A stretch of 64,000 nt of DNA, taken from the sequence record NC_052653.1; one strand, 5' to 3'. The notes beneath the pieces were generated by a model. The model saw nothing but the letters and a program-made list of their open reading frames with translations, had not been told where the DNA came from and made no database searches. Position numbers and translations under genes: made by a program. The DNA comes from Escherichia phage vB_vPM_PD06. Below are positions 54,421 through 63,929 of this stretch, in pieces; the first letter of the stretch is position 1, and each line of letters begins with the position of its first letter.

Positions 54421-54824
54421 AACTCCTCCAGAAGTTTACCAAGTTTAGTTTTAAATTCATTATCCCACGCTATGCTAACTATGTCAAGATCACCTTGTGA
54501 ATTACGTTTTGTCTCTAAATAGTAGCCACCACGCTCATATCGGTGTTTTATATGCTCGATCAGACGTTCTTTATCACTCTTAGATAAATAATCATCAAAC
54601 TCCCCATTGAAAAGATCTAAGATTGTTTGTCTATTATCTCCTAATTGAGTGATTCTAAAGCTAATCAGACACCCCTGTAAACCTATATCTGTTTGTTTAA
54701 GAGAAAACCCATGACCAAAGCCGCCTGTGACTATAACAAGCGGTTTTCCTGTGATAGAGCTTTTAATAACATCTTGCTTAGGTTCTGCCAAAGATGTTAG
54801 AAACCCTTTTAACCATTTGAACAT
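54414..54824 (-). CDS. Hypothetical protein
   Basis: 136-aa ORF. Confidence 0.5.
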   Translation of the reverse strand: MFKWLKGFLTSLAEPKQDVIKSSITGKPLVIVTGGFGHGFSLKQTDIGLQGCLISFRITQLGDNRQTILDLFNGEFDDYLSKSDKERLIEHIKHRYERGGYYLETKRNSQGDLDIVSIAWDNEFKTKLGKLLEELW

Positions 54825-54929
54825 AAACCCTCCTGTGTGGCGTGGCTTTGCCTAAGCGCCGAAGGCGCGGATCAAATATAAGCTGAATTTATTACGCCCA
54901 GGTAGCCAGGGCGCATAAATATCAGAAAT

Positions 54930-55178
54930 TTACCATCGAATAACTATTCGAGTAAAGTTTTCATCGTAATGAGATGTTTCTGTATCAATAAAAGTTGAAA
55001 AACCTTCAGCATCCAAGTTAACTTTTACAAAAGTTGGATAAAGCGTGTATATAGCAACTTCTCTGTCTCCATCTTTAGCTGCTCTCTCAATATACGAGTA
55101 GATATTTTGTAGACTATCCTTTGCTTTGTTAAGTTCTGCGTTTTCTGCCAGTTCTCTCATTTTATCTGCTACAGTCAT
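54930..55178 (-). CDS. Hypothetical protein
   Basis: 82-aa ORF. Confidence 0.45.
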   Translation of the reverse strand: MTVADKMRELAENAELNKAKDSLQNIYSYIERAAKDGDREVAIYTLYPTFVKVNLDAEGFSTFIDTETSHYDENFTRIVIRW

Positions 55179-55447
55179 TTGTCAGTATCCTTTTCAATAA
55201 ATCCTGTGGTTTTACAAGGCACACATTCGTACATTTGCCCAACATCTGCAACCACCCAACCCATTCCACTGCAATAAGGGCAGATTGTTTTGTTCTCTTT
55301 AGCATACACAGCCAGAAGTCTTTCTTCTAGCTTATTGTAATCAGCAAGAAGAACATAATCCCCTTCTGGATCTGGTACAATATCACATTGACCAGCAGCA
55401 CCTTGGCTGTACACCTCTAAGTCATATCGTGTAACCATTATTCCCAC
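55175..55447 (-). CDS. Small zinc-ribbon-like protein
   Basis: CPYCSGMG ... CVPCKTTG paired CxxC motifs. Confidence 0.45.
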   Translation of the reverse strand: MGIMVTRYDLEVYSQGAAGQCDIVPDPEGDYVLLADYNKLEERLLAVYAKENKTICPYCSGMGWVVADVGQMYECVPCKTTGFIEKDTDK

Positions 55448-55656
55448 TCCGCAATCAGTTTTGGATTTTCTGCACGAGAATAGAATGTTGTAATGTCACC
55501 GTAAGTGTACTCTTGTTCCGACAGTTTTACAAGAGAGATCATTTCACGATCTGGAGTACCGGAGATCCAATCGAACACAGCAACACCACGAGGTGTTACA
55601 TAGAAACCAGATGTATTACCAGTAAACTTATCTTTTGCTTTATATAATTTGTACAC
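55438..55656 (-). CDS. Hypothetical protein
   Basis: 72-aa ORF. Confidence 0.4.
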   Translation of the reverse strand: MYKLYKAKDKFTGNTSGFYVTPRGVAVFDWISGTPDREMISLVKLSEQEYTYGDITTFYSRAENPKLIAEWE

Positions 55657-55863
55657 TTTCTACTCCTCATAGATAAAATCTATTAAAAACCTGCTATCAA
55701 TCGGTACAAACAGTTTTACTTTTCGTAAAAAACATGCTACCCTAATCTTATATACCGAGCGATAGCGAGGTAGAGAATATTCCATGTTATACATGGAAAG
55801 AGTATATGTAATGTTACTAACTCTATAACTAACTATATACTCTTTATATCTTACTTACTACTC

Positions 55864-56127
55864 TTATTGAAGTTCAAAGATATCTCCATCTCCATCATAT
55901 CCATACTCTAACTCTCCTGTATCATATAATACAATAAAGTCTGTATCATCTTCAATAAAAGATTTAGCATAATCTGCTAACTCTTCATTATCTTCATAAC
56001 CTTCCAGGTACTCAATACGACCATTGATACACTTAGCTGCAACAACTCCTGGGCCATTGCTTGGAGTCCACTCACTGTATACTCGCATGCCTAATTCTTT
56101 AATCATTGTTTGTCTCCTCATAATCAA
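55864..56127 (-). CDS. Hypothetical acidic protein
   Basis: 87-aa ORF. Confidence 0.45.
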   Translation of the reverse strand: MIMRRQTMIKELGMRVYSEWTPSNGPGVVAAKCINGRIEYLEGYEDNEELADYAKSFIEDDTDFIVLYDTGELEYGYDGDGDIFELQ

Positions 56128-56323
56128 TGTAGTTGTAACATTTATTCTTTAAGAAATCTTCTGCTTGTTTATTGTGTTTTAGAATGGTGCACTTCTCTAT
56201 ATTATGTTCTACATTGTTGTGTAGATTGTATAAATTAGATGCACCATACAGGATACCAATTAACAAAAGCAAAAAGATTGCTGTTGATAACAAAAATTGT
56301 TGCAACTTGTTTACAGACTTCAT
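56099..56323 (-). CDS. Small membrane protein, paralog of 61109-61348
   Basis: N-terminal TM segment; shares C..KH...AE.FL...C..Y..Y pattern with 61109-61348. Confidence 0.45.
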   Translation of the reverse strand: MKSVNKLQQFLLSTAIFLLLLIGILYGASNLYNLHNNVEHNIEKCTILKHNKQAEDFLKNKCYNYIDYEETNND

Positions 56324-56376
56324 AAACCCTCCTTATCGTTAGTACACATTGATACTAACAAGAAGTTAAGATCGTG

Positions 56377-56550
56377 TCAACATCTTTGTGTTAATTTTAT
56401 CCACTGTTCACATTCTTCTTTTGTGTCATACTCTACAGGCTTTCCTGTATCATTTCCACAACCATCTCCGAATGTAGCCCACCAGGAGAATAGAAAACAA
56501 GTTTCTCTTACTCTCCACTTATTGGCATAAGGTACAACATAATAACTCAT
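56377..56550 (-). CDS. Small Cys/Trp-rich protein
   Basis: 57-aa ORF not in track; fills gap in gene array. Confidence 0.3.
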   Translation of the reverse strand: MSYYVVPYANKWRVRETCFLFSWWATFGDGCGNDTGKPVEYDTKEECEQWIKLTQRC

Positions 56551-56798
56551 AGGATTGTGATCCTTAGTTCATTTTCTAAAGTATGTCTCACACATTCTTT
56601 GAAATTGTTATCAATATAAACCACACGTACCCCATGAGGTGTTTCTTTACATTCAAACACATTATATACAGTGTCAGATAAGACATGTTGTACGTTTACT
56701 TGTCCAATACCATTTTTAACCACAACCATTACTTTCAGTAAACTTGTATGGTTTTTAACTTCATCTTCTACGTATGCGACAACATCTTTGATATTCAT
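56547..56798 (-). CDS. Hypothetical protein, paralog of N-terminal domain of 62832-63293
   Basis: VKNHTSLLKV...GIGQVNVQHVLSDTVYNVFECK aligns with VKEHSSLLDV...VGIVCVRHILSETRYEVFRAK. Confidence 0.5.
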   Translation of the reverse strand: MNIKDVVAYVEDEVKNHTSLLKVMVVVKNGIGQVNVQHVLSDTVYNVFECKETPHGVRVVYIDNNFKECVRHTLENELRITIL

Positions 56799-57094
56799 CG
56801 TTTCTCCTGTTTAAGTACGATATAAGATTGACGAGATTTCCATCTCCCTATCTTAACAAGGCAAATAATGCCCCTCTTTAACAGATATTTCATATCTTCG
56901 TCATAAGCTGTTTGCAATTGCCACTTACTGTTAACAGGAAGCGAACCATGTACCCTTAAATGAGCTAACAAATACTTTCTTCGCTCCTTTCCATAAGGCA
57001 GGTATTGCCATTCTTTCTTTGATACAGGTTCATGTACTTTACGATGCCAGTAAGTAAGGTGTCTTCTTTTATGTAAACCCCTGTTCCTTACCAT
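56795..57094 (-). CDS. Hypothetical basic protein
   Basis: 99-aa ORF, Arg/Lys-rich. Confidence 0.45.
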   Translation of the reverse strand: MVRNRGLHKRRHLTYWHRKVHEPVSKKEWQYLPYGKERRKYLLAHLRVHGSLPVNSKWQLQTAYDEDMKYLLKRGIICLVKIGRWKSRQSYIVLKQEKR

Positions 57095-57333
57095 TGTACC
57101 TCTACCTCCGTTACCCCAGGATCTCTAGTCCAGGTGTAGTAGAGCACACCATCTTCTTTCAGTGCAATGCGATCACTTTCGTCTCGAAGATATAGGTCAC
57201 ATACTACGCGCAGTTGCGGATCTGATCCTAGTAGTTCTGAAACAATAAAGTCATCATCACTCATACGAGCAACAATCACTGCATATTGACCAGTATCTTC
57301 ATCAAAAATTGGTTGTCCGATGTTTAATTGCAT
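57088..57333 (-). CDS. Hypothetical protein
   Basis: 81-aa ORF. Confidence 0.45.
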   Translation of the reverse strand: MQLNIGQPIFDEDTGQYAVIVARMSDDDFIVSELLGSDPQLRVVCDLYLRDESDRIALKEDGVLYYTWTRDPGVTEVEVQW

Positions 57334-57518
57334 TGTGTTGTCTCCTTATTCAGTACGTTGTTTTGTGCTGCGCACCAGCACTCATAAAAACCTTGGGTTA
57401 ATGGCATAGTGTAGTTTCCAGAAGGATCTCTTTCGAGATCCCCGTCTGCATAACAACCACTACCTAAGAACCATTTTTCAAAATCGGATAAATCATCCCA
57501 GTATACGCTATTTTTCAT
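57324..57518 (-). CDS. Hypothetical protein
   Basis: ATG at 57518 two nt after upstream stop; about 64 aa. Confidence 0.4.
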   Translation of the reverse strand: MKNSVYWDDLSDFEKWFLGSGCYADGDLERDPSGNYTMPLTQGFYECWCAAQNNVLNKETTQCN

Positions 57519-57519
57519 A

Positions 57520-58011
57520 TTATACCGTCTTATACCCGACAATAGCAACCTGATTCGTAGGCTTCCAACGACCAATAATCTCACCAGAAATCTCTGTGCT
57601 ACTGTTTATGTATTGGTAATGGGTATCATCATGATTAACCCACGCCATAACGTCAAGGGTAGGGGTTTTGACGTGTACCAGTAGTGTAGCCCATTCTGGA
57701 GCTTCTTTAATATCCACAGAATCTTGCCAATCTTCTTCGATGTGCCAAGTAGGTTCACCATCAACATCTGTAACGAAGAAACGAGCTTTCATACGTTTAA
57801 AGAACATTGGTGTATACCCATGATCGCACTCTGGGATAAAATCATCCATCGTTTCGTCATAGGTGAAATATTGTCCATCTTTATAATGAAAAGATGCACA
57901 AAACAGTTCATTACGAGCAGGAACATGCCATACAGCTACAAAACTACGACCATGTGGATAATGTTTAACCTCTTGCATAGTTTTCTCCTTATTTTTCTTC
58001 AAAAGAATCAA
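57520..58011 (-). CDS. Hypothetical protein
   Basis: 163-aa ORF. Confidence 0.5.
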   Translation of the reverse strand: MILLKKNKEKTMQEVKHYPHGRSFVAVWHVPARNELFCASFHYKDGQYFTYDETMDDFIPECDHGYTPMFFKRMKARFFVTDVDGEPTWHIEEDWQDSVDIKEAPEWATLLVHVKTPTLDVMAWVNHDDTHYQYINSSTEISGEIIGRWKPTNQVAIVGYKTV

Positions 58012-58341
58012 TTCTGTTTTGTTCTATGTCAATTGCAGCATCTAGAATAAGTTTTAATGCTTCCAATTGCAAGTCTTCTTCTAAAGAGAAGACATATAAA
58101 ACAACGGACTCCAAGTAAGACAGCACCCCAAGACTAAGAGTTGCAATCTCTACTCCTGCATCGGAGAAGCCTGTTTGCAAAACTTCTTTGAAGAAACGTT
58201 GTTTATCAACAATAGCAGATAAAATAAGCGTTTTACGCTCCTCTGCTGATCGCACTGTGCAGTATATGTTGCTAAAAGAATCCAGCCACATCTTGATCAT
58301 ACCTTGTCGGTACATAAGGATTTCAATATCAGCCAACATAT
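57989..58341 (-). CDS. Hypothetical protein
   Basis: ATG at 58339-58341 (MLADIEIL...) with GAGGAG upstream. Confidence 0.45.
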
Positions 58342-58507
58342 TATTTCTCCTCTGGAGAGAGATTTGGATTAATTTGATAGTAAAAATCAAAATCCTTGTG
58401 TTGATCGCACCATTCTTGAGCCTCTTTAAATGACGCAAATTGCATAGTGAATGTTGCCATCCACGTGTTCATATTTTTGTTGAACTTGTCGATAAAAAAT
58501 GTTTGCA
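58341..58507 (-). CDS. Small hypothetical protein
   Basis: ATG (MQTFFIDKF...) with GGGAGGAG upstream; about 55 aa. Confidence 0.35.
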
Positions 58508-58741
58508 TTACTCCTCCCATTTTATCCAAAGGCAGTATTCTGGAACATAAACCTCCTTCCCTTTGTTATTCACAAAGGTGTACTCCACAAATTCTGCTTT
58601 ATATGTTTTGTTATATTCCTGTGCTGCTGGCACAGGACATTTTGTAATGCGCGTTTCAGTCCAACGGCGGTGTATAACCGCCTTGTTCTTTGGATCAAAC
58701 GGATGTATAAAGTGCGTTTTACTCATGTGCCATTTCCACAA
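58508..58741 (-). CDS. Hypothetical protein
   Basis: 77-aa ORF. Confidence 0.4.
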   Translation of the reverse strand: MWKWHMSKTHFIHPFDPKNKAVIHRRWTETRITKCPVPAAQEYNKTYKAEFVEYTFVNNKGKEVYVPEYCLWIKWEE

Positions 58742-59123
58742 GATTTTTAATCATAGTTTCTCGACAGAGATTCCACATATCTGAAGCAACCATAGAAGCA
58801 TATTCATCGGGGTTGGATTCTGGTAAAATCTCTTTAACTGCTTCTGGTGTCGGGTTGCACATAGCAGGTAGTGCTTTAAGTGCATCTTCAATAGAGAGCT
58901 TCTTACCTTCACTGTAAATAACTTCGTAACCATAGTCATTTACATCTTCTGGAATATCCCGATCCAGGAAACGCACAGTAGAATTATGCATTTTGTTCAT
59001 AGCTTCACTAACACCAGCGCCACAAAGCTGTGCAACTTCTTTAGAGATACAGTCACAAATAACAACTTCGTAAGGTTTTCCACCATAATACTGCGCATTA
59101 TATTTGATTTTAACAGACCACAT
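58719..59123 (-). CDS. Hypothetical protein
   Basis: 134-aa ORF. Confidence 0.5.
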   Translation of the reverse strand: MWSVKIKYNAQYYGGKPYEVVICDCISKEVAQLCGAGVSEAMNKMHNSTVRFLDRDIPEDVNDYGYEVIYSEGKKLSIEDALKALPAMCNPTPEAVKEILPESNPDEYASMVASDMWNLCRETMIKNLVEMAHE

Positions 59124-59133
59124 CTTACTCTCC

Positions 59134-59817
59134 TTATTTAACGTGTTTTAGCAATTCAATGTTAGCAGAATAGTTTTCACCACAATTAGTAACGCTCAAC
59201 AGTGACCATTTGCAAGAGAATACACCTTTTAGATGATCTGGAACACACATTAGCGGAACATAAACTGTTTCTGAATCTTCTGTTTGCTCTGTTTTGTTAA
59301 CATTGCAACAGAATGGCAATACATCATCATGAATCATTTTACATTCACTCAAATTATCTAACATATGTGAAACTTGCTCTGAAGTTTCAAACATTTGTGC
59401 TTCACAAGCCAGTGCACCAACCACTTGATAAGCCTCTCCACACAAATCTTCTAGTTCTAAAATACGTTCAGACATAGCTTCAATGATTGCTGATCGTGCT
59501 TTCACCTTAGTTTCTGCTTCTTTAATTTTCTTCTCAAGTTCTGCAATGTACTTCAGTAGTGCACTAACAACATCTGGAGTATTTTCTTCATTATCTTGGG
59601 AAATTTTTACCAAAGAAGAAGCTGCTCTGCAACGGACTTTAGGTTCTACGTAGCCAAAAGTCATATTTTCAGAAGAAGATTGTTGTGAAAACCAATGTTT
59701 GTTCGAAAACACAGGTTCATCTTCAAACCAGAACACATCTCCAGTGATGTCACGAGCCATAAAATTTGCATTGTCTGGAACTTCGTAACGATGACCTTCA
59801 AACATAGTCTCTTTCAT
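59134..59817 (-). CDS. Hypothetical protein
   Basis: 227-aa ORF with central coiled-coil-like segment. Confidence 0.5.
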   Translation of the reverse strand: MKETMFEGHRYEVPDNANFMARDITGDVFWFEDEPVFSNKHWFSQQSSSENMTFGYVEPKVRCRAASSLVKISQDNEENTPDVVSALLKYIAELEKKIKEAETKVKARSAIIEAMSERILELEDLCGEAYQVVGALACEAQMFETSEQVSHMLDNLSECKMIHDDVLPFCCNVNKTEQTEDSETVYVPLMCVPDHLKGVFSCKWSLLSVTNCGENYSANIELLKHVK

Positions 59818-60401
59818 TACACATCCTCCATTTGGAACATCTCTTTGTGGTTAGAATAGATCTGTTTGAAAATCTTGTCAAGACGTTCATATGATTCTTT
59901 ATGCTCTTGTTTCCATCCTTGATTTCGGATTTTATCTGCCAGATCATAAACCTCGCATAAAACTTTGGCAAAGTTGGTATTATCTATAGCACAAGCCTCA
60001 AAACCTTGAACTAAACCCTCTACATCGTACCACGTATAGTCAGAGTCACTAGGAGTCTTTCCTGCATCGGCTAAACGTTGCCTTACCCATTCAATACGTT
60101 TTTCATTCAAATGGCACTTACCTTCTCTACACTCTTGTTCTAATTCTTCTTTAGATTCGTTGAATGGGTGAAGGACAGGAAGTTCTGCTTTTTGCAATTG
60201 CTCCAGGTATTCACCTACAATGCGCATAGCTTCACTGTGTGTACACTTTCTGCCTGTGTGCCAATAACGGAAGATACTTTCCGTTAAACAGATGCTTTTA
60301 CTAAACATCGCATTGTCTTTAACATTCGATCTAGTAACCCAGTCTAAGTAATATACATAAAACTGCAATAATTCATAACTGCTTGGTATAATTTTACTCA
60401 T
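59817..60401 (-). CDS. Hypothetical protein, paralog of 61311-61679
   Basis: Shares LLQFY, LHPFN and HLN(E/K)(K/E)R..WV..R blocks with 61311-61679. Confidence 0.5.
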   Translation of the reverse strand: MSKIIPSSYELLQFYVYYLDWVTRSNVKDNAMFSKSICLTESIFRYWHTGRKCTHSEAMRIVGEYLEQLQKAELPVLHPFNESKEELEQECREGKCHLNEKRIEWVRQRLADAGKTPSDSDYTWYDVEGLVQGFEACAIDNTNFAKVLCEVYDLADKIRNQGWKQEHKESYERLDKIFKQIYSNHKEMFQMEDV

Positions 60402-60579
60402 AACCTCTCCTTAATTGTGAAAAATGTTATCAATCAATATGACTAATAATACAAGGATAGAAGGGAGTAGGAACAGAAATCTTAACATTATGTGATGCGT
60501 GTGAGAAGCGGCTTTAGCGCCAGCCGCCAATAAGCCTACTAGTCCTACAATAAAGAGCAGTTGTTCAGGGACACCCATA

Positions 60580-60804
60580 TTATGGAACACTTGGATACTC
60601 CGTAAGTTCGGCTAACAATTGAATATGTGGACACGTGAATTGTTGTCCTGGATAGCGTGAGCTAATATCCTCCAGCAAAGCAATCACAGCATTATGCAAT
60701 GCTTCGTAATCTTCATAATACACCATTTCTCCATTAGGATCTTCCACAATATCGCAGTGGCAAGCGTGAGCAGTACACGCATCCCATTCCAGACGTTTTA
60801 CCAT
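60580..60804 (-). CDS. Hypothetical protein
   Basis: 74-aa ORF, Cys/His-rich. Confidence 0.45.
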   Translation of the reverse strand: MVKRLEWDACTAHACHCDIVEDPNGEMVYYEDYEALHNAVIALLEDISSRYPGQQFTCPHIQLLAELTEYPSVP

Positions 60805-60850
60805 AAACCCTCCTATTTATATATCAAGAAACACAAAAGAATAACATCTA

Positions 60851-61099
60851 TCACCAAACCGTTACTACTCCGGTACGTAGCGTCTCTTCATGTCCCCAAA
60901 TATCCGCTTCAATTGTAATTACAACCCACTCCGTGCTCCACTGAATACCAGTGATCTCTGTGAGATGTGCAGCTTCACGTTGTAGTGAGGCTGTGTCTGT
61001 AAGAGACGCACGTAAAGCATCCAATTCTTGTTCAATTTTGGTACGTTCTTCTTCGGTAATCGGTGTACCAACACGATCAAAGGTAAAAATATCTAACAT
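60851..61099 (-). CDS. Hypothetical protein
   Basis: 82-aa ORF. Confidence 0.45.
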   Translation of the reverse strand: MLDIFTFDRVGTPITEEERTKIEQELDALRASLTDTASLQREAAHLTEITGIQWSTEWVVITIEADIWGHEETLRTGVVTVW

Positions 61100-61108
61100 A
61101 CTTCCCTC

Positions 61109-61348
61109 CTAATTATAATTCACATAGCGCCCACAATCCTGTTCAAGAAATTTTTCAGCATCCCTTTGATGCTTGAACACAATACACTGTTCTTTTTTAG
61201 CTTCACTTTCACGAGCTTCTCTTGCCATATAATCACCTAAACGAATGATACCAGAGAATAACACGTATGCAAGAATAAGACAAACAGAGATTGCACAGAA
61301 AGTTTTAAACTTAACCATTGTATTCCTCCATATCACGAATACGATCAA
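61109..61348 (-). CDS. Small membrane protein, paralog of 56099-56323
   Basis: TM segment plus conserved C-terminal Cys/His pattern shared with 56099-56323. Confidence 0.4.
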   Translation of the reverse strand: MIVFVIWRNTMVKFKTFCAISVCLILAYVLFSGIIRLGDYMAREARESEAKKEQCIVFKHQRDAEKFLEQDCGRYVNYN

Positions 61349-61679
61349 TCACCCATTGTACACGTTCTTTGTTAAGGTGTGCAATGCCTAACTCTGTCTC
61401 CGTAAAGTAGTGTGAGAAATCTGTATTAAATGGATGTAAATGGTTCAAACCCGCTTTCTTAAACTGTTCCTTCATTTCCTCTCGTACAGAGGCTTGAAGG
61501 TTTGCTACATTCTCAACGTCTTTTATCCAAGCAATATTGTATAAGAAGTCTACAAGACACGTGCAAAGACCATAATGCTTTTTGCTAAAGTTTGTATCTT
61601 CTTGTTCTAACCACCACTCATAAAATTGTAGCAAATAGGGGCTGCTTTTCATGTTACACACTTTATTATTCTCTTGCAT
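61311..61679 (-). CDS. Hypothetical protein, paralog of 59817-60401
   Basis: Shared sequence blocks with 59817-60401. Confidence 0.45.
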   Translation of the reverse strand: MQENNKVCNMKSSPYLLQFYEWWLEQEDTNFSKKHYGLCTCLVDFLYNIAWIKDVENVANLQASVREEMKEQFKKAGLNHLHPFNTDFSHYFTETELGIAHLNKERVQWVIDRIRDMEEYNG

Positions 61680-61688
61680 GATCTATCC

Positions 61689-61988
61689 TTAATGCCAGTC
61701 TACGATCACTGAATCTACAAAACCCTCTTTGGTATTTAAAGCATACACCTTACTAAGACCACGCTCTCGCAGTGCTTCCATAGCAAGATCAATCAAATCC
61801 ACTTGGCGTTTCCTTGCTTGTTCATTTGTCGGATAGTCATCCAAACCGAAAACAGATGGTTTAAATGCTTTGGAGTATTTGCCAGTTTTTGCCTGATCAT
61901 AACAGTCCTGAATAACTTCATCAATAGGAAACCACAAGCCTTCTCCACTTTGCTTTGCAATACAGCGCAGTTTTTCTGTAACAGTCAT
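61689..61988 (-). CDS. Hypothetical protein
   Basis: 99-aa ORF. Confidence 0.45.
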   Translation of the reverse strand: MTVTEKLRCIAKQSGEGLWFPIDEVIQDCYDQAKTGKYSKAFKPSVFGLDDYPTNEQARKRQVDLIDLAMEALRERGLSKVYALNTKEGFVDSVIVDWH

Positions 61989-62206
61989 TCTTCCTCTCCT
62001 TTCAATTTACACTCAAAGATACCATTCTTAATGTTATCTGTCAAATAAAGACTATCTTCTATCTCTTCTTTTGTATACACATAAGCCTCCTTTTCCACGT
62101 CTGTCAGACCTTGCATCGGAGCTAGTAGCCACCAGCCCCGCCAGTCAAACATTGGAGACTTATCAGATACACGAAGAATGTATCTATCATTACACATATT
62201 ATACAA
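61985..62206 (-). CDS. Hypothetical protein
   Basis: 73-aa ORF. Confidence 0.4.
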   Translation of the reverse strand: MYNMCNDRYILRVSDKSPMFDWRGWWLLAPMQGLTDVEKEAYVYTKEEIEDSLYLTDNIKNGIFECKLKGEEE

Positions 62207-62651
62207 TGTTCACATGAATATCTGCAACACCAATAAGAGAATATACTTCAACTACACTCTGTGTACGATCCAGTTTGTAACGTTTTGCCTCTTTTTCAAC
62301 TTCCTCACGGTAGATGGTTTCCACGATTGGAACTCCGTCCACTACTAGCAGGTATTTCTCTTCACGTTTACTTTTTGGTGCTTCCTCTAATACTTCTACA
62401 AAGTATTCAAACTCACTTTTTGCAAGCAACGTGTAACACTGAAGAAAGTCTCCTTCATTTTGAGCGATAATTTCTTGTTCTCCTGCTAAGGATTGCAAAG
62501 CAGTGACACCATACCAGTCATCCACATCTAATACACGAAAATAGGAATCACCTAAGAAAGAAGCAATCTTGCTATTGCACTCAGACACATTAGCAAACTT
62601 ACGGATATAAGATGCGTTCTTAAAACGATATACTTTACCAATTTCAAACAT
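62199..62651 (-). CDS. Hypothetical protein
   Basis: 150-aa ORF. Confidence 0.5.
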   Translation of the reverse strand: MFEIGKVYRFKNASYIRKFANVSECNSKIASFLGDSYFRVLDVDDWYGVTALQSLAGEQEIIAQNEGDFLQCYTLLAKSEFEYFVEVLEEAPKSKREEKYLLVVDGVPIVETIYREEVEKEAKRYKLDRTQSVVEVYSLIGVADIHVNIV

Positions 62652-62659
62652 TACACAAC

Positions 62660-62839
62660 TCCTTATTGTTCAAGAGTAAAAGGAATGATCTCACCATAGC
62701 TGTATTGCATGGCATTCACTTCTGCTTCTGCACGTTGTGCTAGTTCTAATGTTGCACAGATCTTATAAGGAACAGTGCTGCATTGGCTCCAGCCTGGGGT
62801 ATTCTTTGTTACTAAGTACACAGTAGTTTCTTTATTCAT
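62660..62839 (-). CDS. Small hypothetical protein
   Basis: 59-aa ORF from ATG with GGAGAGG upstream; not in track. Confidence 0.3.
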
Positions 62840-63293
62840 AACTTTCCTCTCCTAGTTCATCATACCATTTCAAAGCATCTTTTGGAAGCATACCAAAATC
62901 TTCTTTCAGTTCTTTTTCAATCTCTTCTTTCAGTTCATTCAACACTTGCAGTTGGCGTATTTTCTTCCGTAACAAAGTTTCCCGCTCATTGTTGCTTGGT
63001 GTTACTTCATTTGCTGCTATCATCACATATCCGGTCGGAGAGCAAGGAAGATAATCATCAATATTTTCTAAAGCATAACGAAAATTGGAATCCAAGAAGT
63101 TTACATGCACTTGATCACATCCAAACAACTTGGCACGAAATACTTCATAACGAGTTTCAGATAAGATATGTCGCACACAGACAATACCTACATCATTTTG
63201 CACTGCACAGGTTACATCTAACAAACTTGAGTGTTCTTTGACATAATCTGCAACACATTGCACATGTGCTTCCAGTATAGATAGTTGTCTCAT
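62832..63293 (-). CDS. Hypothetical protein, first gene of minus-strand early array
   Basis: 153-aa ORF; N-terminal domain paralogous to 56547-56798; acidic coiled-coil-like C-terminus. Confidence 0.5.
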   Translation of the reverse strand: MRQLSILEAHVQCVADYVKEHSSLLDVTCAVQNDVGIVCVRHILSETRYEVFRAKLFGCDQVHVNFLDSNFRYALENIDDYLPCSPTGYVMIAANEVTPSNNERETLLRKKIRQLQVLNELKEEIEKELKEDFGMLPKDALKWYDELGEESYE

Positions 63294-63360
63294 TTTCTAC
63301 CTCCTCATAATGCTAACATTTTATTGAAAATGGAAACGCGTCGTGCGCGGTATGCAAACC

Positions 63361-63388
63361 ACTATACAGACATTTTTATTCAATGCAA
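63361..63388 (-). promoter_or_regulatory. Sigma70-like promoter candidate for minus-strand early array
   Basis: In minus sense TTGCAT, 16-nt spacer, TATAGT, about 70 nt upstream of ATG at 63293. Confidence 0.4.
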
Positions 63389-63720
63389 GCATTATTTGCA
63401 TCTTCGATTCTGTCTTTCACCCGCTGCAATAATGAAGGATTTAGTATAGGAATTAGTATAGGTATTCCCTATCAATTATTCTATATATACCTATTATTTT
63501 TAACACACCCTTTGTACATAATATAGACAAATAAATATCTATGCCACAAAAATTTTCCGGTATACCCGATTTATTTCGACACACCCCGTTTTCATAAGCG
63601 TAAAGTCAATAATATCAATAACTTGCCGCAAAATACTGCTCGCTTGCGAGAGGTGCTTAACGCGATTTTCAGCGCCCCCCGATTTCTGCCGACCGTCCCC
63701 CTCAAATATCAATGAGAATT

Positions 63721-63734
63721 ATTATCATTTGCAT
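63721..63734. repeat. 14-mer ATTATCATTTGCAT, copy 1
   Basis: Exact 14-nt match to 63916-63929; related ATTATTTGCAT at 63391-63401. Confidence 0.6.
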
Positions 63735-63915
63735 TATCATTCAATGACTTATAAGATTTTTGATTATTTTCTGAGCAAGAAAGGCATTACTCACAACAAA
63801 ACAGATAAATTCTAAGTAAATCAATGGCTTGGCATTTCTAAACATCTATATACACCTTGCCAAATGAAATGATCCTGCGTGAAATAGTGCCACCCGTGGA
63901 AGATAGCTGATAATG

Positions 63916-63929
63916 ATTATCATTTGCAT
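63916..63929. repeat. 14-mer ATTATCATTTGCAT, copy 2
   Basis: Exact 14-nt match to 63721-63734. Confidence 0.6.
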
